Shown piece after piece: positions 48,705 through 60,950 of a DNA stretch of 64,000 nucleotides. Made by a program: the position numbers and the translations under genes. A model generated the notes under the pieces. It was not told the DNA's origin. It did no database searches and saw only the letters and a program-made list of their open reading frames with translations. Source of the stretch: Octopus bimaculoides (Eukaryota). Numbering within the stretch: the first letter of the stretch is position 1; every line of letters starts with the position of its first letter. The stretch is from positions 108,306,358 through 108,370,357 of the forward strand of contig NC_068983.1 in the NCBI RefSeq assembly GCF_001194135.2, in the 5' to 3' direction.

Positions 48705-49854
48705 TACTAGCTGGTGTACCTGGTAATTCTAGGGGGTAAAGATGTTCTATTGAAGCACCTTATTACTCTGATATAAGAAAGCAATTTCGTTATAACTGCC
48801 ACAAAAGGTGTGTTTTTCATCATGAAAAAGTACAAAACACTGTCAGCTGGAGGAGAGAGAGATTGTTGGAGGTTGGTGAGAGAGGTTTTCGGAGGTTTTG
48901 GTGAGAGATGTTGTCAGAGGTTGTTGAGAGGCAAAGACATTATTCTGCTTAGCGAAGGCATCTGGGAAATGTATAACTGCTATCATTCACAGAAAAACTA
49001 TTGTTTTACCATGAGAAAAGCACTGTTGAAGTGTTAAGTGAAATTTAGAAATCGAGGATCGAATCCATGCTATGCTTGCATGAAGCCACTACAAATATGT
49101 TGTGGAATAAAAAATTTATCTACTGTCATGGAAAAAGTATAACCGTAAAAATGCAGAATTATCAGAGTAATGGGCATTCAAAAAGGTATGTATGTATAGA
49201 AATGTATGAATGAAGTCTTTAATGTATAAGATTCAAATTAAGAAAGTGCAGTAATAATGTTTAGCAGTTCAAAACTGTGAGTAGTGAAATGCAGAATTAG
49301 GTCAACTGATCGTGAGTATCAAATATTGATCGCTTCGCTAAAATCTGCAGATGGCATGGGTTATTTCCCTTGGGTTGTTTAAATAAAATATTAGTAACAT
49401 GTAGTAGATAGGATACATTGGAAGGACCCTATTATAGAATTTTTTCAGCAATCTAAGTATGTCACAAGGTTTCCAGACACGAGTTCTACTCACATGTCAA
49501 ATAAAGTATAAAAGTGATACTGTCTGCAAAAATTAGAAATAGGACACACAAAAATCAATATTTAAAGAAATTAAACATAACCAATGAAATGGGTTATTTC
49601 CTCTGATTGTTTAAAAAAATTGTACAGGTGCTATGGGTTATTTCCTTTGGGTGTAGTTATATGGGGTAGATATAAAGGTCCCTTCAAGGGGCCGTATTAT
49701 CGATTGTTTCAACAATCTAAGTATGTCACGAGATATCCAGACATGAGTTCTACTCACATGTCAAGTTTCATCAAAATCAATAAAACGATGTAAGAGGAGT
49801 TAGCTAACAACACCACAAACAAACACACACCGATTTTCCACATATGTAGTAGAT
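48705..49854 (+). mobile_element. Non-autonomous Helitron/Helentron-like element
   Basis: Starts TACTAGctggtgtacctgg, ends caagtttcatcaaaatc...acaaacaaacacacac..catatgtagtagat; no TIR or TSD; internal duplications. Confidence 0.55.
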
Positions 49855-49855
49855 A

Positions 49856-50420
49856 TCATCATCATCATCATCATCATTATATAAGACCAGTTTTCCTTGC
49901 TAGCATGGGTTGGATGGTTTGATGGGAGCTGGTAAGGTCAGGGTCACACCAGGCTCCATTGTCAGTTTTGGTATGGTTTCTATGCCCAGATGCCCTTCCT
50001 AATGCCAAGCACTGTACAGAGCATCTAAATGCTTTTTATGTGGAACCACCACCAGTGCTTTTACGTGGCATCAGTACCAGTGCTCTTTACATGCACCAGT
50101 GCTTTTCACATGGCATCAACACCAGTGCTTTTTATATGGCACCACCACTAGCACTTTTTATATGGTGCCATCACCAGTGTCTTTTACGTGGCTCCAGCAC
50201 TGGTGCTTTTCATGTAGCACCAGACTGTACACAGGCATCATTATCTTTGTCATTTAACATTCACTCTTCCAAGCTTGCATGGACCAGACAGAATTTGTTG
50301 AGGCTAATTTTTTATGTCTGTATGCTCTTCCTGTTGTCAAACCTCACCTTTTTCCTATCAAGGTAATATTTTCCTATAGCTGGACATGTTTTCCAAGAAA
50401 CACTGGAAATGAACAAACTT
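49856..50420 (-). mobile_element. RTE LINE 3'UTR/tail copy with ~25-bp tandem subrepeats
   Basis: (ATC)n then gctagcatgggttggatggtttga...gatgcccttcctaatgcc; tandem units at 50030-50225. Confidence 0.8.
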
Positions 50421-50464
50421 GCTGACATGACACACACTCACACACATTTGCTAATATGTATATA

Positions 50465-50796
50465 TATATTAATCAATGAAATTCTAACTTAGTCTGATTT
50501 TCTGTTTTATTATTTGCAATTTTTACAATTTTACAATATTGAAATAACCTAGTACTTTAATGCATTACACAATCACCAGGTTTATATAATGACAGTTGTG
50601 TTTCACAATTGTCACAGGTAAATACACAGTTGTCAATTGTGGGACATGACTGTCACTACATAAACCTGATGATTGTGTAATGTGTGAAAGTACTAGTTTA
50701 TTTCAATACTGTAAAATTGTAAAACTGTAAAATTGTAAAAATTGCAAATGATAAAACATGAAAATCAGACTTAGTTGGAATTTCATTGATTAATAT
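50465..50796. mobile_element. Foldback (whole-element palindrome) MITE
   Basis: Arms 50465-50613 and 50631-50796 are reverse complements with few mismatches; ~17-nt loop; TA-rich ends. Confidence 0.85.
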
Positions 50797-53507
50797 GTTC
50801 TTCTATACACAATTATACAAGCTCAGATATGTGTGTGTGTGTGTGTGTGTGTGCGTGTGTATGTATGTGTGTGTTTGCTTGAGAATGGAGAGCTGTTAAG
50901 TGAGACATGATATCATCATTCTTGAATTACATCAACTTCCTTAGAATATTAATGATATTCTTCTGCTCATTTTGTATACATTATAGGTATTAGCTGTGGT
51001 CAAGCACACCTACCTAAGGTACTGCATCAAAGACCATATTGTTATTTCAGGGGGTTTCTTGGACAGCATTATCTAATATGTTCTTCCTGCATTAAGATAA
51101 TAAAAGAGTGTATGATCTGAAAGATATTTGGTTGCTATTTCTAGCATTTTGACTACCTCTTCTTGTGGTGTATTCTCATTTAGTACACTGCATATATTTT
51201 ATTATAAAACCACATATACATTACTTATGTGTGTGTGTGTGCGTGCATGCACATATGTGCATCTGTGTTATGATTATTTTAAGCATCATTGCTCTCGTAT
51301 ACAGCAACAATGTTTTTAAATGATGGACTAATTGCTCCACTCCCACCCCCATAACTGGAATTGCAGTATCATTTTATAATAAGAACAAACTATAATATTA
51401 AATGTGTTTATAAGTCTCCAATGATAGATCATTGTAGTTAAAGTTCTTGCCTCTAAAACCTATTAATTATTAATTTTTTATATATTATTCCATAACAGGA
51501 GAGAAATGAAGAAAACGTTTATTTCTTGTCATCAATTTCAAAACAAACTTCTTTAAAATAGAAGCACTTCTTATTTGTGTGGCTACAGAGTGTCTGTCTA
51601 TTTCCATTGATTGCCAGATTATTTAGTTCTAAACAGAATGAGCTGTACTTTTTGGGTAAATTTATAGCTAAGATTTCATAGTAGGTTATTACTTTTAGTA
51701 TGTATTTTCTTCCAAAGTGATTACATAAAACTTTAAATAATTGTTTTTTTTTTCTGATTCCTTCTTTTTTTTAATGATTTACATCTATTTATCCATATTA
51801 GTTTGGTCTGGGATATTTTTTTGAAATTTGGGCATTTTCTTTATATTGCTGAGGCAATTACTTTTACAGACTGACCTTTCAATCAAGAAATAGGAATAGT
51901 ATTTGAGCCAAGCAGAGTTATGTGTCTTGTCTGGAGGCAACACTGTTCTTTAGAAAATTGATTTATATGGCTGAAAATTGAATTTGTGATAATAAATATG
52001 TTTTTATTTAAAGGAAAATTTCTTGCAGAATATTTTTACACTAATTTATAATGGTACCTCAGTAATGTCACATCAGTATTGCTAAAACCAGTACAAGAAT
52101 AATGACTATAATTATTAGGTGGTGGTTACAATAATTACAGAATAGTGATCAAGTATTACCATTCATTTTGACTTTAAAACATTTTGCCTTGGTATTTTTG
52201 TAAAAATATGCAACATACTGATATATCCACATACTCAAACATGTCTACAAACACATACAATTACACACACTCTCACACATACAAATGTATATGTATGCAA
52301 TATATAAAAGGATACGTATGCAAATACACATGTGTACACATGATATATATATATACATACACATATGTACACACACAAAACCACAATCCAATAATCATTA
52401 ACTCATTAACATATTTAAAATTGCTTTGTTTTTGTTTCATTTGAACAGCTATATAGCCTTTTGTTGCTTAGTATATACACCTGTGTATATTTCTACACTT
52501 CTCTCAACACTTGTTCAATCATGCTAAAGCACAATAATTTACTTATATCAAGCTAACCACTAGCTCAAGAGCTTTTCCTACCGAATTCTCAATGAACTAC
52601 GTATTATTACAGTATGGTAGATGCTGTTACTGTAATAGATTTTTAAGCTGGATTCTAAACAAAGGTTTTTATTTGATAAAACTCTTTTCTGGATATGGGG
52701 TGTCTCAACTACACTAAGAATATTTTCAATACATTTTGGCAAATTTTATTTTCATTTATGTTCAGAAACTTCAAATTTCTAGCTTTTATGGGCAGTATAT
52801 GCCTAGTTTGTCATGAGTGGAACAATTGGTAATGTTCTATATCTCTGTATATGATGTATTGAATCCCATTCATGTCAAACTAAGCCTAAGCTTCCCATTC
52901 AATCTTGTAGTTTGTAGAGGGCAAATAATGACTGAAGATAAACTCTGATGAGATGCTTCCATAATATTCTTAGCATAAATGGGATGCTACATCCTAATAA
53001 ATGCTTCTTTAATAGTAGATGTTGCAACTAAATGTTACAAATATTTCAGTCATACTCGACATTACATAAGCAAATATCCTTGATGATGTATCAATCATTT
53101 TGAAAATCTTCTACTGACAATCCTGCTCTAACATTCTGAGATTATATACAAATATTTTGTACATCTCATGGAATCATAGCAATATATTTGTAGCTCTCTC
53201 AAATAAGTACTGCTAAGGCCTTTCAATTTTCACAAACCATTCCCGAGATACACAGCTTCTTTAGATCTAGTTCTAATCTCCTTCTCTAAGAGCAAGTGTT
53301 TCTTCTCTCATAACAAAAAATCTAAGCTACACTTAGATTTTGTTAAATAAATGTCTTTATGTTACATAAGAAATAGTCGCTATAATAGTCTCTCCAATAT
53401 CAATAATTATTGCACCATGCAAGAACTGGGCCTAACTCACAGTGCATTATATTTAACACTTTATTTTACATGTTAGTCGCTTAAGAAGCATGACATTACA
53501 ATACTTT

Positions 53508-53730
53508 TCAAGGTGGTAAGCTGGCAGAAATCTTTGCACATTGGGCAAAATGTTTAGCTGTATTTCGTTTGTTTTTATGTTCTGAGTTCAAATTCTGCTG
53601 AGGTTGACTTTGCCCGTTATCATTTCAAGGTTGATAAATTAAAGACCAATTGAGCAAGCAATGGAGTTAATGTAATTGACTAGCCCTGTCCTTCAAAATT
53701 TCAGGCCTTGTGCTTATACTAGAAAGAATA
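53508..53730 (+). mobile_element. SINE family B
   Basis: aaggtggtaagctggcaga...gagttcaaattctgctgaggttgactttgcc. Confidence 0.85.
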
Positions 53731-53769
53731 CTATGAAACATGACAAGCATGGCTCATATCTTGCTTGTT

Positions 53770-53865
53770 GTTTATGTAACTTCCATTGCTCGATTTGCTC
53801 GACTAAAAGCAGTGTTCCAGCATGGCCACAGTCAAATGACTGAAACAAATAAAAGAGAAAAGAGT
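53770..53865 (+). mobile_element. SINE family A tail fragment
   Basis: tttgctcgactaaaagcagtgttccagcatggccacagtcaaatgactgaaacaaataaaagag. Confidence 0.75.
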
Positions 53866-54254
53866 ATATCTAGAATTTGACGTTCCATGATTTATGCAGG
53901 AACCTGGTTCTAAGACACTGAATGTATCAACAAAAGCAACTTCTATATATATAACAAAGAAATTAAGGCAAGAATTATTAACATAGAAACCATGCAGTCA
54001 CACAGGAGATGAAGAGTTAACATCAAAATCAATCAAAGTAGAATCTCTAATAAAAGAGTGCTTCAATAACTTGCATTCTATTTCTTAATCTTCATATTCC
54101 TAATTCATTACTAAATGTTCATTAAGATGTAAAGGATGTATAAAAGGTCAATATGAACATTATGTATTCTTGCATTCAAACTAGTATTTATGATTATGAT
54201 TTGTAATGTCATAAGGACTCCTTACACTAATTAACATTTAAATATATCTTCTGA

Positions 54255-54285
<31 letters not shown>

Positions 54286-54570
54286 TACATACACATGCAT
54301 ATGCACACAAACAAGCTGATACTGTTATGTGGTTGACACCCCCATGCTCTTCTCTTTCATTCATACACAAACTTGACAGTTTCAACTAGGGTATGCACAA
54401 CTGCTATGATTAGAGAGCTTGCAAGCATTTGGCAAAAGGACATTCAAAAACAGTAAACAGTAAAGTACAAACACTGCTGATATTTAGGATATATACAGAG
54501 CTGTGCTTTCTCTATCCATGAATGTACTACACAGCTAAAGCCTTAACACTCTTTAAAAATGTTAGACAAT

Positions 54571-54733
54571 AGACGCAGGAGTGGCTGTGTGGTATGTAGC
54601 TTGCTTACCAACCACATGGTTCTGGGTTCAGTCCCACTGCTTGGCAACTTGGGCAAGTGTCTTCTACTATGGCCTCGGTCCGACCAAAACCATGTGAGTA
54701 GATTTGGTAGACGGAAACTGAAAGAAGCCTGTC

Positions 54734-54804
<71 letters not shown>

Positions 54805-54980
54805 TATGTCTGTGTTTGTCCCCCCAACATCACTTGACAACAGATGCTGGTGTGTTTACATCTCCATAACTTAGTGGTTTGGCAAAAGAGACCTATAGAA
54901 TAAGTCCTGGGGTTGATTTGCTCGACTAAAAACAGTACTCCAGCATGGCTGCAATCAAATGACTGAAACAAGTAAAAGAG
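54571..54980 (+). mobile_element. SINE family A, near full length with internal (TA)(TG) microsatellite
   Basis: tRNA-like head (tggctgtgtggta A-box-like; gggttcagtcc B-box-like), body, tail cagcatggctgcaatcaaatgactgaaacaagtaaaagag. Confidence 0.9.
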
Positions 54981-55364
54981 TAATGGAATTTCTGATGATC
55001 TTCCATAATGATCAGCATTACAAGTCAACAAAGAGACGCCTACATGGTCACTCATCTTGCTAGAAACAGCAGCCAAATCTTCCTCATATTATGTACATCC
55101 TATCATCTTCAAAGAGGAACATGCTGGATAATGTGGTTCTGGGTTCTCTGTACACAGGAAAAAGCTGAGATAGTCATGTCTGTAATAACTTTGATGTTAG
55201 GGTTACTTAGTCAGAGTTGACTTGGTTAAGCAACAATAAAAACCACCTTTAAACAATACAACTGATTAAATACTTCCTATCTTAAACAGTTGCTTATTTT
55301 TTATGAAGTGTAAATATGCTTTACAAAGTGTATACATGAGTTGAAAGATGTGCATCTGTCACAC

Positions 55365-55531
55365 ATATGATAATGGGTGGCTAGTGTTAGGAAGGGCATC
55401 CATCTGTAAAAACTATGCCAAAACAGACACACAAATCTGGTGCAGGCTCTTGCCTGGTCAGCTCCTGTCAAACTGTCCAGCCCATGCCAGGATGGAAGGC
55501 AGACGTATGATGATGATGATGATGATGATGA
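55365..55531 (+). mobile_element. RTE LINE 3' tail copy with (GAT)n
   Basis: ggaagggcatccatctgtaaaa...gccaggatggaaggcagacgtatgatgatgat. Confidence 0.8.
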
Positions 55532-55838
55532 TATCAAAGAAGAGGCTATATAACGGATTCTTATCATCTAACATTATTTGATGAATTGATTAAGTCGCTC
55601 AGGGTCCGCTCTTGTCTGTCTATAAGTACTAGAGCAGATTCTGTTTTAGAAACATGTCAGTTCTAACACACTCACAGCATTTAATTTTTCTTTCCTTGTT
55701 CTTTCTCCTTATCTCCCACCCTAAGATATTACACTAATCTCTTTACCTCAATGTTCAGACAAAACATTTTTCATTTTAGTATTGCTAAACTGTTCCAGTA
55801 CTCAATTACAGAATGGTGCTTATTTACTTGTTTTCCAG

Positions 55839-55862
55839 ATGAACACAAGAAAATGTATATAG
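55839..55862 (+). CDS. Candidate 24-nt symmetric microexon (phase 1-1, DEHKKMYIG)
   Basis: tatttacttgttttccag| acceptor and TAG|GTAAGA donor; only phase 1 is open. Confidence 0.4.
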   Translation: MNTRKCI

Positions 55863-56684
55863 GTAAGAAAGAAATTGGAAGGACGATGAATTCTTATGAC
55901 ACTTTTATTAAATTCCTAATTTAATGTGGCTGAAACACATGTTTGAATCAAATGTTCTAGACCAAACTATCTGAGAGGTATTCTCTGTGCATTTGCTTAT
56001 TAATAATTTATCAGAATAACATGTCTTGACAACTTGTAACTAATTTATTATTCTCTAATTTATTCTCAACAGTTTCAGAAAGCTACTATCTTTAGTTATT
56101 AATTTTGCTTACATGTAACAATTCTAGTCAAAGAAAAATGCATGTGAATATCATCATTTGTTTATCAAAGTGGTGCATGGTGGTGCACCAGCATGACTGC
56201 AGCCACTTGTCTGAAACACATAAATAAATAAATAAATAAAAAGTGATTGAGCTTAATCAAAAAACTACTCACTAAATAAAATAAACTTATACGAATATAT
56301 GCTGACATACACAAATGTACATAGTTGCATGCACACACATTTTGCTGCTTAAGCATTGACATGCATCTGCACACACTTATCAAAAATTGAAAAATAAAAA
56401 GTAAAGTGGAAGTAAACCAACAAATTTGACCATTAAAAACATTAAATTTGCTGCTATGGCTGTGTGGTACAAATAAAGAACATTTGTCATGTGTAAAATT
56501 GCTCTTCCTCTATGGAAAGTACTCTTAGTACAGAAAAAAGAAGGCAAAGAAGCAGTGATGGTCAGCACTAAGTACATTGGAGCATAGAAAATGATGGCAA
56601 TGCGCCATAGTGAAGACCCAGTGAACATATGCATGCATAAAAAAAAAAATTGGAGACTTCAACAATGAAGATAATGAATCACTG

Positions 56685-56694
56685 TATGTATGCA

Positions 56695-56726
<32 letters not shown>

Positions 56727-56765
56727 CACACACACACACATACATACACATGCATATATATGTGA

Positions 56766-56812
<47 letters not shown>

Positions 56813-56822
56813 NNNNNNNNNN

Positions 56823-56887
<65 letters not shown>

Positions 56888-56975
56888 TCACATGCATACA
56901 TCTATATATGCACACACGAACATACATACACACACACACATATATACATATATGCACACATACATGTGTGTATGT
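56685..56975. repeat. (GT)/(TA)/(CA) microsatellite cluster
   Basis: Direct. Confidence 0.9.
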
Positions 56976-56982
56976 ATTTATA

Positions 56983-58613
56983 ATGTGGAAACTAGGGATA
57001 GATGAGTGGTTAGTGAGAGCTGTACAAACCACGTACAGGGATGCTGTCAGTAAGGTGAGGATCGGCAATGAGTACAGTGAAGAATTCCGAGTAGGGGTCC
57101 ACCAAGGATCAGTCCTCTCTTATTCATTATACTCCTCCAGGCAATAACAGAGGAATTCAAGACAGGATGTCCCTGGGAGCCTCTCTATGCTGATGACCTT
57201 GCTCTAATACCTGAGTCACTATATGAACTAGAGAACTTTCAGGTGTGGAAGCAAGGTCTAGAATCGAAGGGCCTTACAGTAAATCTAGCAAAAACCAGAG
57301 TCTTAATAAGTAGGAAGGCAGACAAACCACAAATCCTTTCAGGTCGATGGCCCTGCTCAATCAGTAGAAAAGGTGTAGGTAGAAACTCCATAAGATATAC
57401 CTGGTGTAAACTATGGACACATAAGAGGTGCAGCAATATCAAAGGAAGGCTAACTGGGAAGAGAGTTTTCGTGTGTGGCAAATGCTCAGGGGCAATAAAC
57501 ACTGAAAATGTGCTGAAAACAACTTCTTTCAGATTCCAGGAGGAAAAACTACAAGTAGTTGATAACTTCTGTTACCTAGGTGGACTAGGTCAGTAGCAGG
57601 GATGGATGCTCTGAAAGTGTAGCTGCTAGAATAAGAATAGCCTGGGCAAAGTTCAGAGAGCTCCTACATCAGCTGGTAACAAAGGGCCTCTCGCTCAGAG
57701 TTAAAGGTAGGTTGTATGACATATGTGCAAACTGCCATGCTACACGGCAGTGAAATATGGGCCATGACTACTGAGGATATGTGTAAGCTTGCAAGAAGTG
57801 AAGATAGTATGCCCCGCTGGATATGTAATATCAGTGCATACATGACAGTGTAAGCGCCCTGAGAGAAAAGTTGGACATAAGAAGCATCAGATGTGGTGTG
57901 CAAGAGAGACGACTGCGCTGGTATGGTCATGTGTTGCATATGGATGAGGACAGCTGTGTGAAAAAGTATCATGCCTTAGCAGTAGAGGGAACCTGTGGAA
58001 GAGGTAGACCCAGGAAGACCTGGGATGAGGTGGTGAAGTACGACCTTCAGAAGTTGGGCCTCACTGAGGTAATGACAAGTGACCGAGACCTTTGGAAATA
58101 TGCTGTGCTTGAGAAGACCCAGCAAGCCAAATGAGACTGTAACCATGGCCTATGCCAGTGCAGCATAACCAGCTCATTTAAGAGTGTCCTTCAATCATTG
58201 TGCAATAAACTGCACACGTGAAGACCTGTTGAGGCATGTGAAGTTGTGTCGTGGCCGATGACAGTATTACCAGATTGGTACCCTTGCCGGTGGCGCATAA
58301 AAATCACTATTCAAGTGTGATTGTTGCCAGTGCTGCCTGACTGGCTCCCATGCTGGTGGCACATAAAAAGCACCATTCAAGCATGGTCAATGTCAGTGCC
58401 AGCTGACTGGCCCTCGTGTCAGTGGCATGTAAAAAGTACCCACTACACTCATGGAGTGGTCGGCATTAGGAAGGGCATCTAGCTGTAGAAACTTTGCTAG
58501 ATCAGATTGAAGCCTGGTGCAGTCTTCTGGCTTGCCAGCCCTCAGTCAAACCATCCAACTCATGCCAGCATGGAAAGCGGACGTTAAACAACGATGATGA
58601 TAAGGATAATGAT
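56983..58613 (+). mobile_element. 5'-truncated RTE-clade LINE: RT 3' half, C-terminus, 3'UTR and (GAT)n tail
   Basis: GVHQGSVLS, ELLYADDLAL, VNLAKT, FCYLG, RRLRWYGHV, GRGRPRKTWDEVV; stop at 58134; several frameshifts. Confidence 0.93.
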
Positions 58614-58695
58614 ATAAAAATATATACACACACATACATATATATAAATATACATACAGACACATACATACATACATACATATATTTGTGTGTGC

Positions 58696-58740
<45 letters not shown>

Positions 58741-59237
58741 TATAATCATACATATGTATGTGCATATCAGAAAACCTTACCTATGATAATAAAGTTTGTA
58801 AGAATGTTAATATCTTCTTTCTATTCTTTCAATGTGCAGAAAAAGTGATGGGTGGAGCCTCATGACAGATTGTTTCATGATTTGTTGATCACTCCCAAGA
58901 GAAGATGTACCCAATTGTCTTCCCCAGTCAATCACATAGAATGTTGAGCTGCTATACGAAGTAGTTGTTAATTGAGTTATTATCATGGTGGATAGCTAAA
59001 TTTGCATATTTGTACTTTAGCCATCTAATCATTAAGTAAACAATATATTTTTTTTATGCACAACTTAGTATGAATTAGAAATACTGAACTAAATTTAAAT
59101 ATCAAAGAGCTTTAGCTCAGCTCATGCACATACATACACAGATTCACACAACCACAAACATATACATGCATGTAGCTATACATATAAAGAAATGAACATG
59201 AATATTGATGGAACTGTAATAAAACAAATATCCCTTC

Positions 59238-59251
59238 ATTATGTTTCTCTC

Positions 59252-59298
<47 letters not shown>

Positions 59299-59385
59299 TG
59301 TGTGTGTGTGTGTGTGTGTGCATGTGTGTGTGTGCATGTGTAANNNNNNNNNNGTGTGTGTGTGCATGTGTGTGTGTGCATGTGT
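59238..59385. repeat. (TG)n microsatellite
   Basis: Direct. Confidence 0.95.
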
Positions 59386-59404
59386 AAAATATCATCATCT
59401 TTAT

Positions 59405-59560
59405 TATTAATTAATATCTATCTTCCATGTTGGCATGGATTGGATGCTTGACAGGATCTGATAAACCAGATGATTGCATCAAGCTCCAACGTCTGATTTT
59501 GCATGGTTCCTAGTTTTGGGTGTCTTCCATAATGCCAACCATGGTAAAGAGTATCCTGGC
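59405..59560 (-). mobile_element. RTE LINE 3' tail copy (reverse, degraded)
   Basis: cttccatgttggcatggattggatgcttgacagg...cttccataatgccaacc. Confidence 0.7.
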
Positions 59561-59895
59561 TGTTGTTTCTTTCTTTTTTTTTCCATGGCACTGACACTGA
59601 GAATGTAGAAAAGGAAACAAAAGGAACAAATTCCAAGAGAGAAATAACTGATAGCACAGAAGGAAGTCATGATCAGAGATGCATTTATAGTCAACCACCA
59701 AGAGACATGCTCAACTGGTTAAGGTCAAGCAACTGACAAGCTAATCTCTGGTTTTGAACAGACTATTTGCTGTAACCTATCTTTTATATCAAGACAAAAC
59801 ATGCACATGATAACACTTCTCATCAGTTAAGATGAAAAACCATTAGAACCACTGCCTGGGAGTGCATCACTATTATTATTATTATTAAGGTGGCG

Positions 59896-60122
59896 AGCTC
59901 GCAGAATTGTTAACACGCCGGGTGAAATGCTTAACGGTATTTCATCTGCCATTACGTTCTGAGTTCAAATTCCGCCGAGGTCGACTTTGCCTTTCATCCT
60001 TTCGGGGTCGATAAATTAAGTACCAGTTTCACACTGGGGTCGATATAATTGACTTAATCCCTTTGTCTGTCCTTGTTTGTCCCCTCTATGTTTAGCCCCT
60101 TGTGGGCAATAAAGAAATAAGA
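59896..60122 (+). mobile_element. SINE family B, young CpG-intact copy
   Basis: aaggtggcgagctcgcaga...gagttcaaattccgccgaggtcgactttgcctttcatcctttcggggtcgataaattaagtaccag...gccccttgtgggcaataaagaaataag. Confidence 0.92.
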
Positions 60123-60371
60123 AGGAAGTCATGTAATTACAGCAACTGAGTTTTGTTGTTGTTAGGAGAGTGATAAAGGGGGATGGGTTTTCGAAAGATG
60201 AGTTGTGTGGCAAGGTTTAACAAGCAGAGAATGGGGCACAAACATAAACTATATGATTTTAGGATTTCATTTCTGCTGAGGTAGACAGATCTTCTTGAGC
60301 ACAGAATATTGCCAATCATCTTGATCTTTTGTCATCTCATTTAGATTCAAAATCTTGAAATTGGTCTTCAC

Positions 60372-60950
60372 TGTAAGAGTAAGCTGAAAAGTTCATGTGC
60401 TGACTAGTAAAGAAGTGATACTAGAGCTATGAAATATTGCATACATTAATTTCAGCCCTTCTTATTAATAACTGCATTGTTTCTTTCCAGGTAAACTGAC
60501 ATCTGACTGTTCAAAGAAGACTTCAAAAGTGACTTCTCTTGAAAATGGATAACATCTAGCATTGTGGTGATTAGGCATTGCGGTACCTGCAGAAAAAAAG
60601 GACTTAGACCCCAAGGATATTCATGTTTAAATGGTTGCTATATTAGGGGATGATGCTCCAGCTTTATCAACAGTGCAAAAATGGGCAACTGAATTTAGGG
60701 GAGGGCAAGGGAAAGTTTTGAAGATGACCCAATGTCTGGATGTCCTGTAAATGCTACCCCTGAGCAAAACATTGATCATGTTCACCACATGCTGATGAAT
60801 GACAGGTGACGGACTATAAACCAAATAGCCAATGCTCTTAGCATATCCAGTGAGAGAGTTGAGAATATTCTGCACAATGAACTTAGTATGATGAAAGTTT
60901 TTGCTCAGTGAGTGTCACGTCTTCTGACACTTGATTAAAAGTGCATCAAG
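60372..60950 (+). mobile_element. Mariner 5' fragment (different subfamily), transposase N-terminus only
   Basis: ..YLQKKGL.PKDIH..LGDDAPALSTVQKWATEF..EDDP.SG.P..HMLMNDR*RTINQIANAL...LSMMKVFAQ*VSRLLT, then truncated. Confidence 0.85.

Noticed and set aside
50030-50225. CRISPR-like periodic repeats
   Set aside because: Eukaryotic context, degenerate adjacent units without unique spacers, and no cas genes. It is part of a LINE 3'UTR.
52940-52990. Other CTGATGA or GAAAC matches (also ~8898, ~39175, ~63060-63095)
   Set aside because: They lack the complete hammerhead core or the required stems.
54571-54650. tRNA genes at SINE heads (also 19346 and 59896) and a tRNA-like patch at ~63355-63400
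   Set aside because: A/B-box-like motifs without a complete cloverleaf; they continue into SINE bodies or are too degraded.
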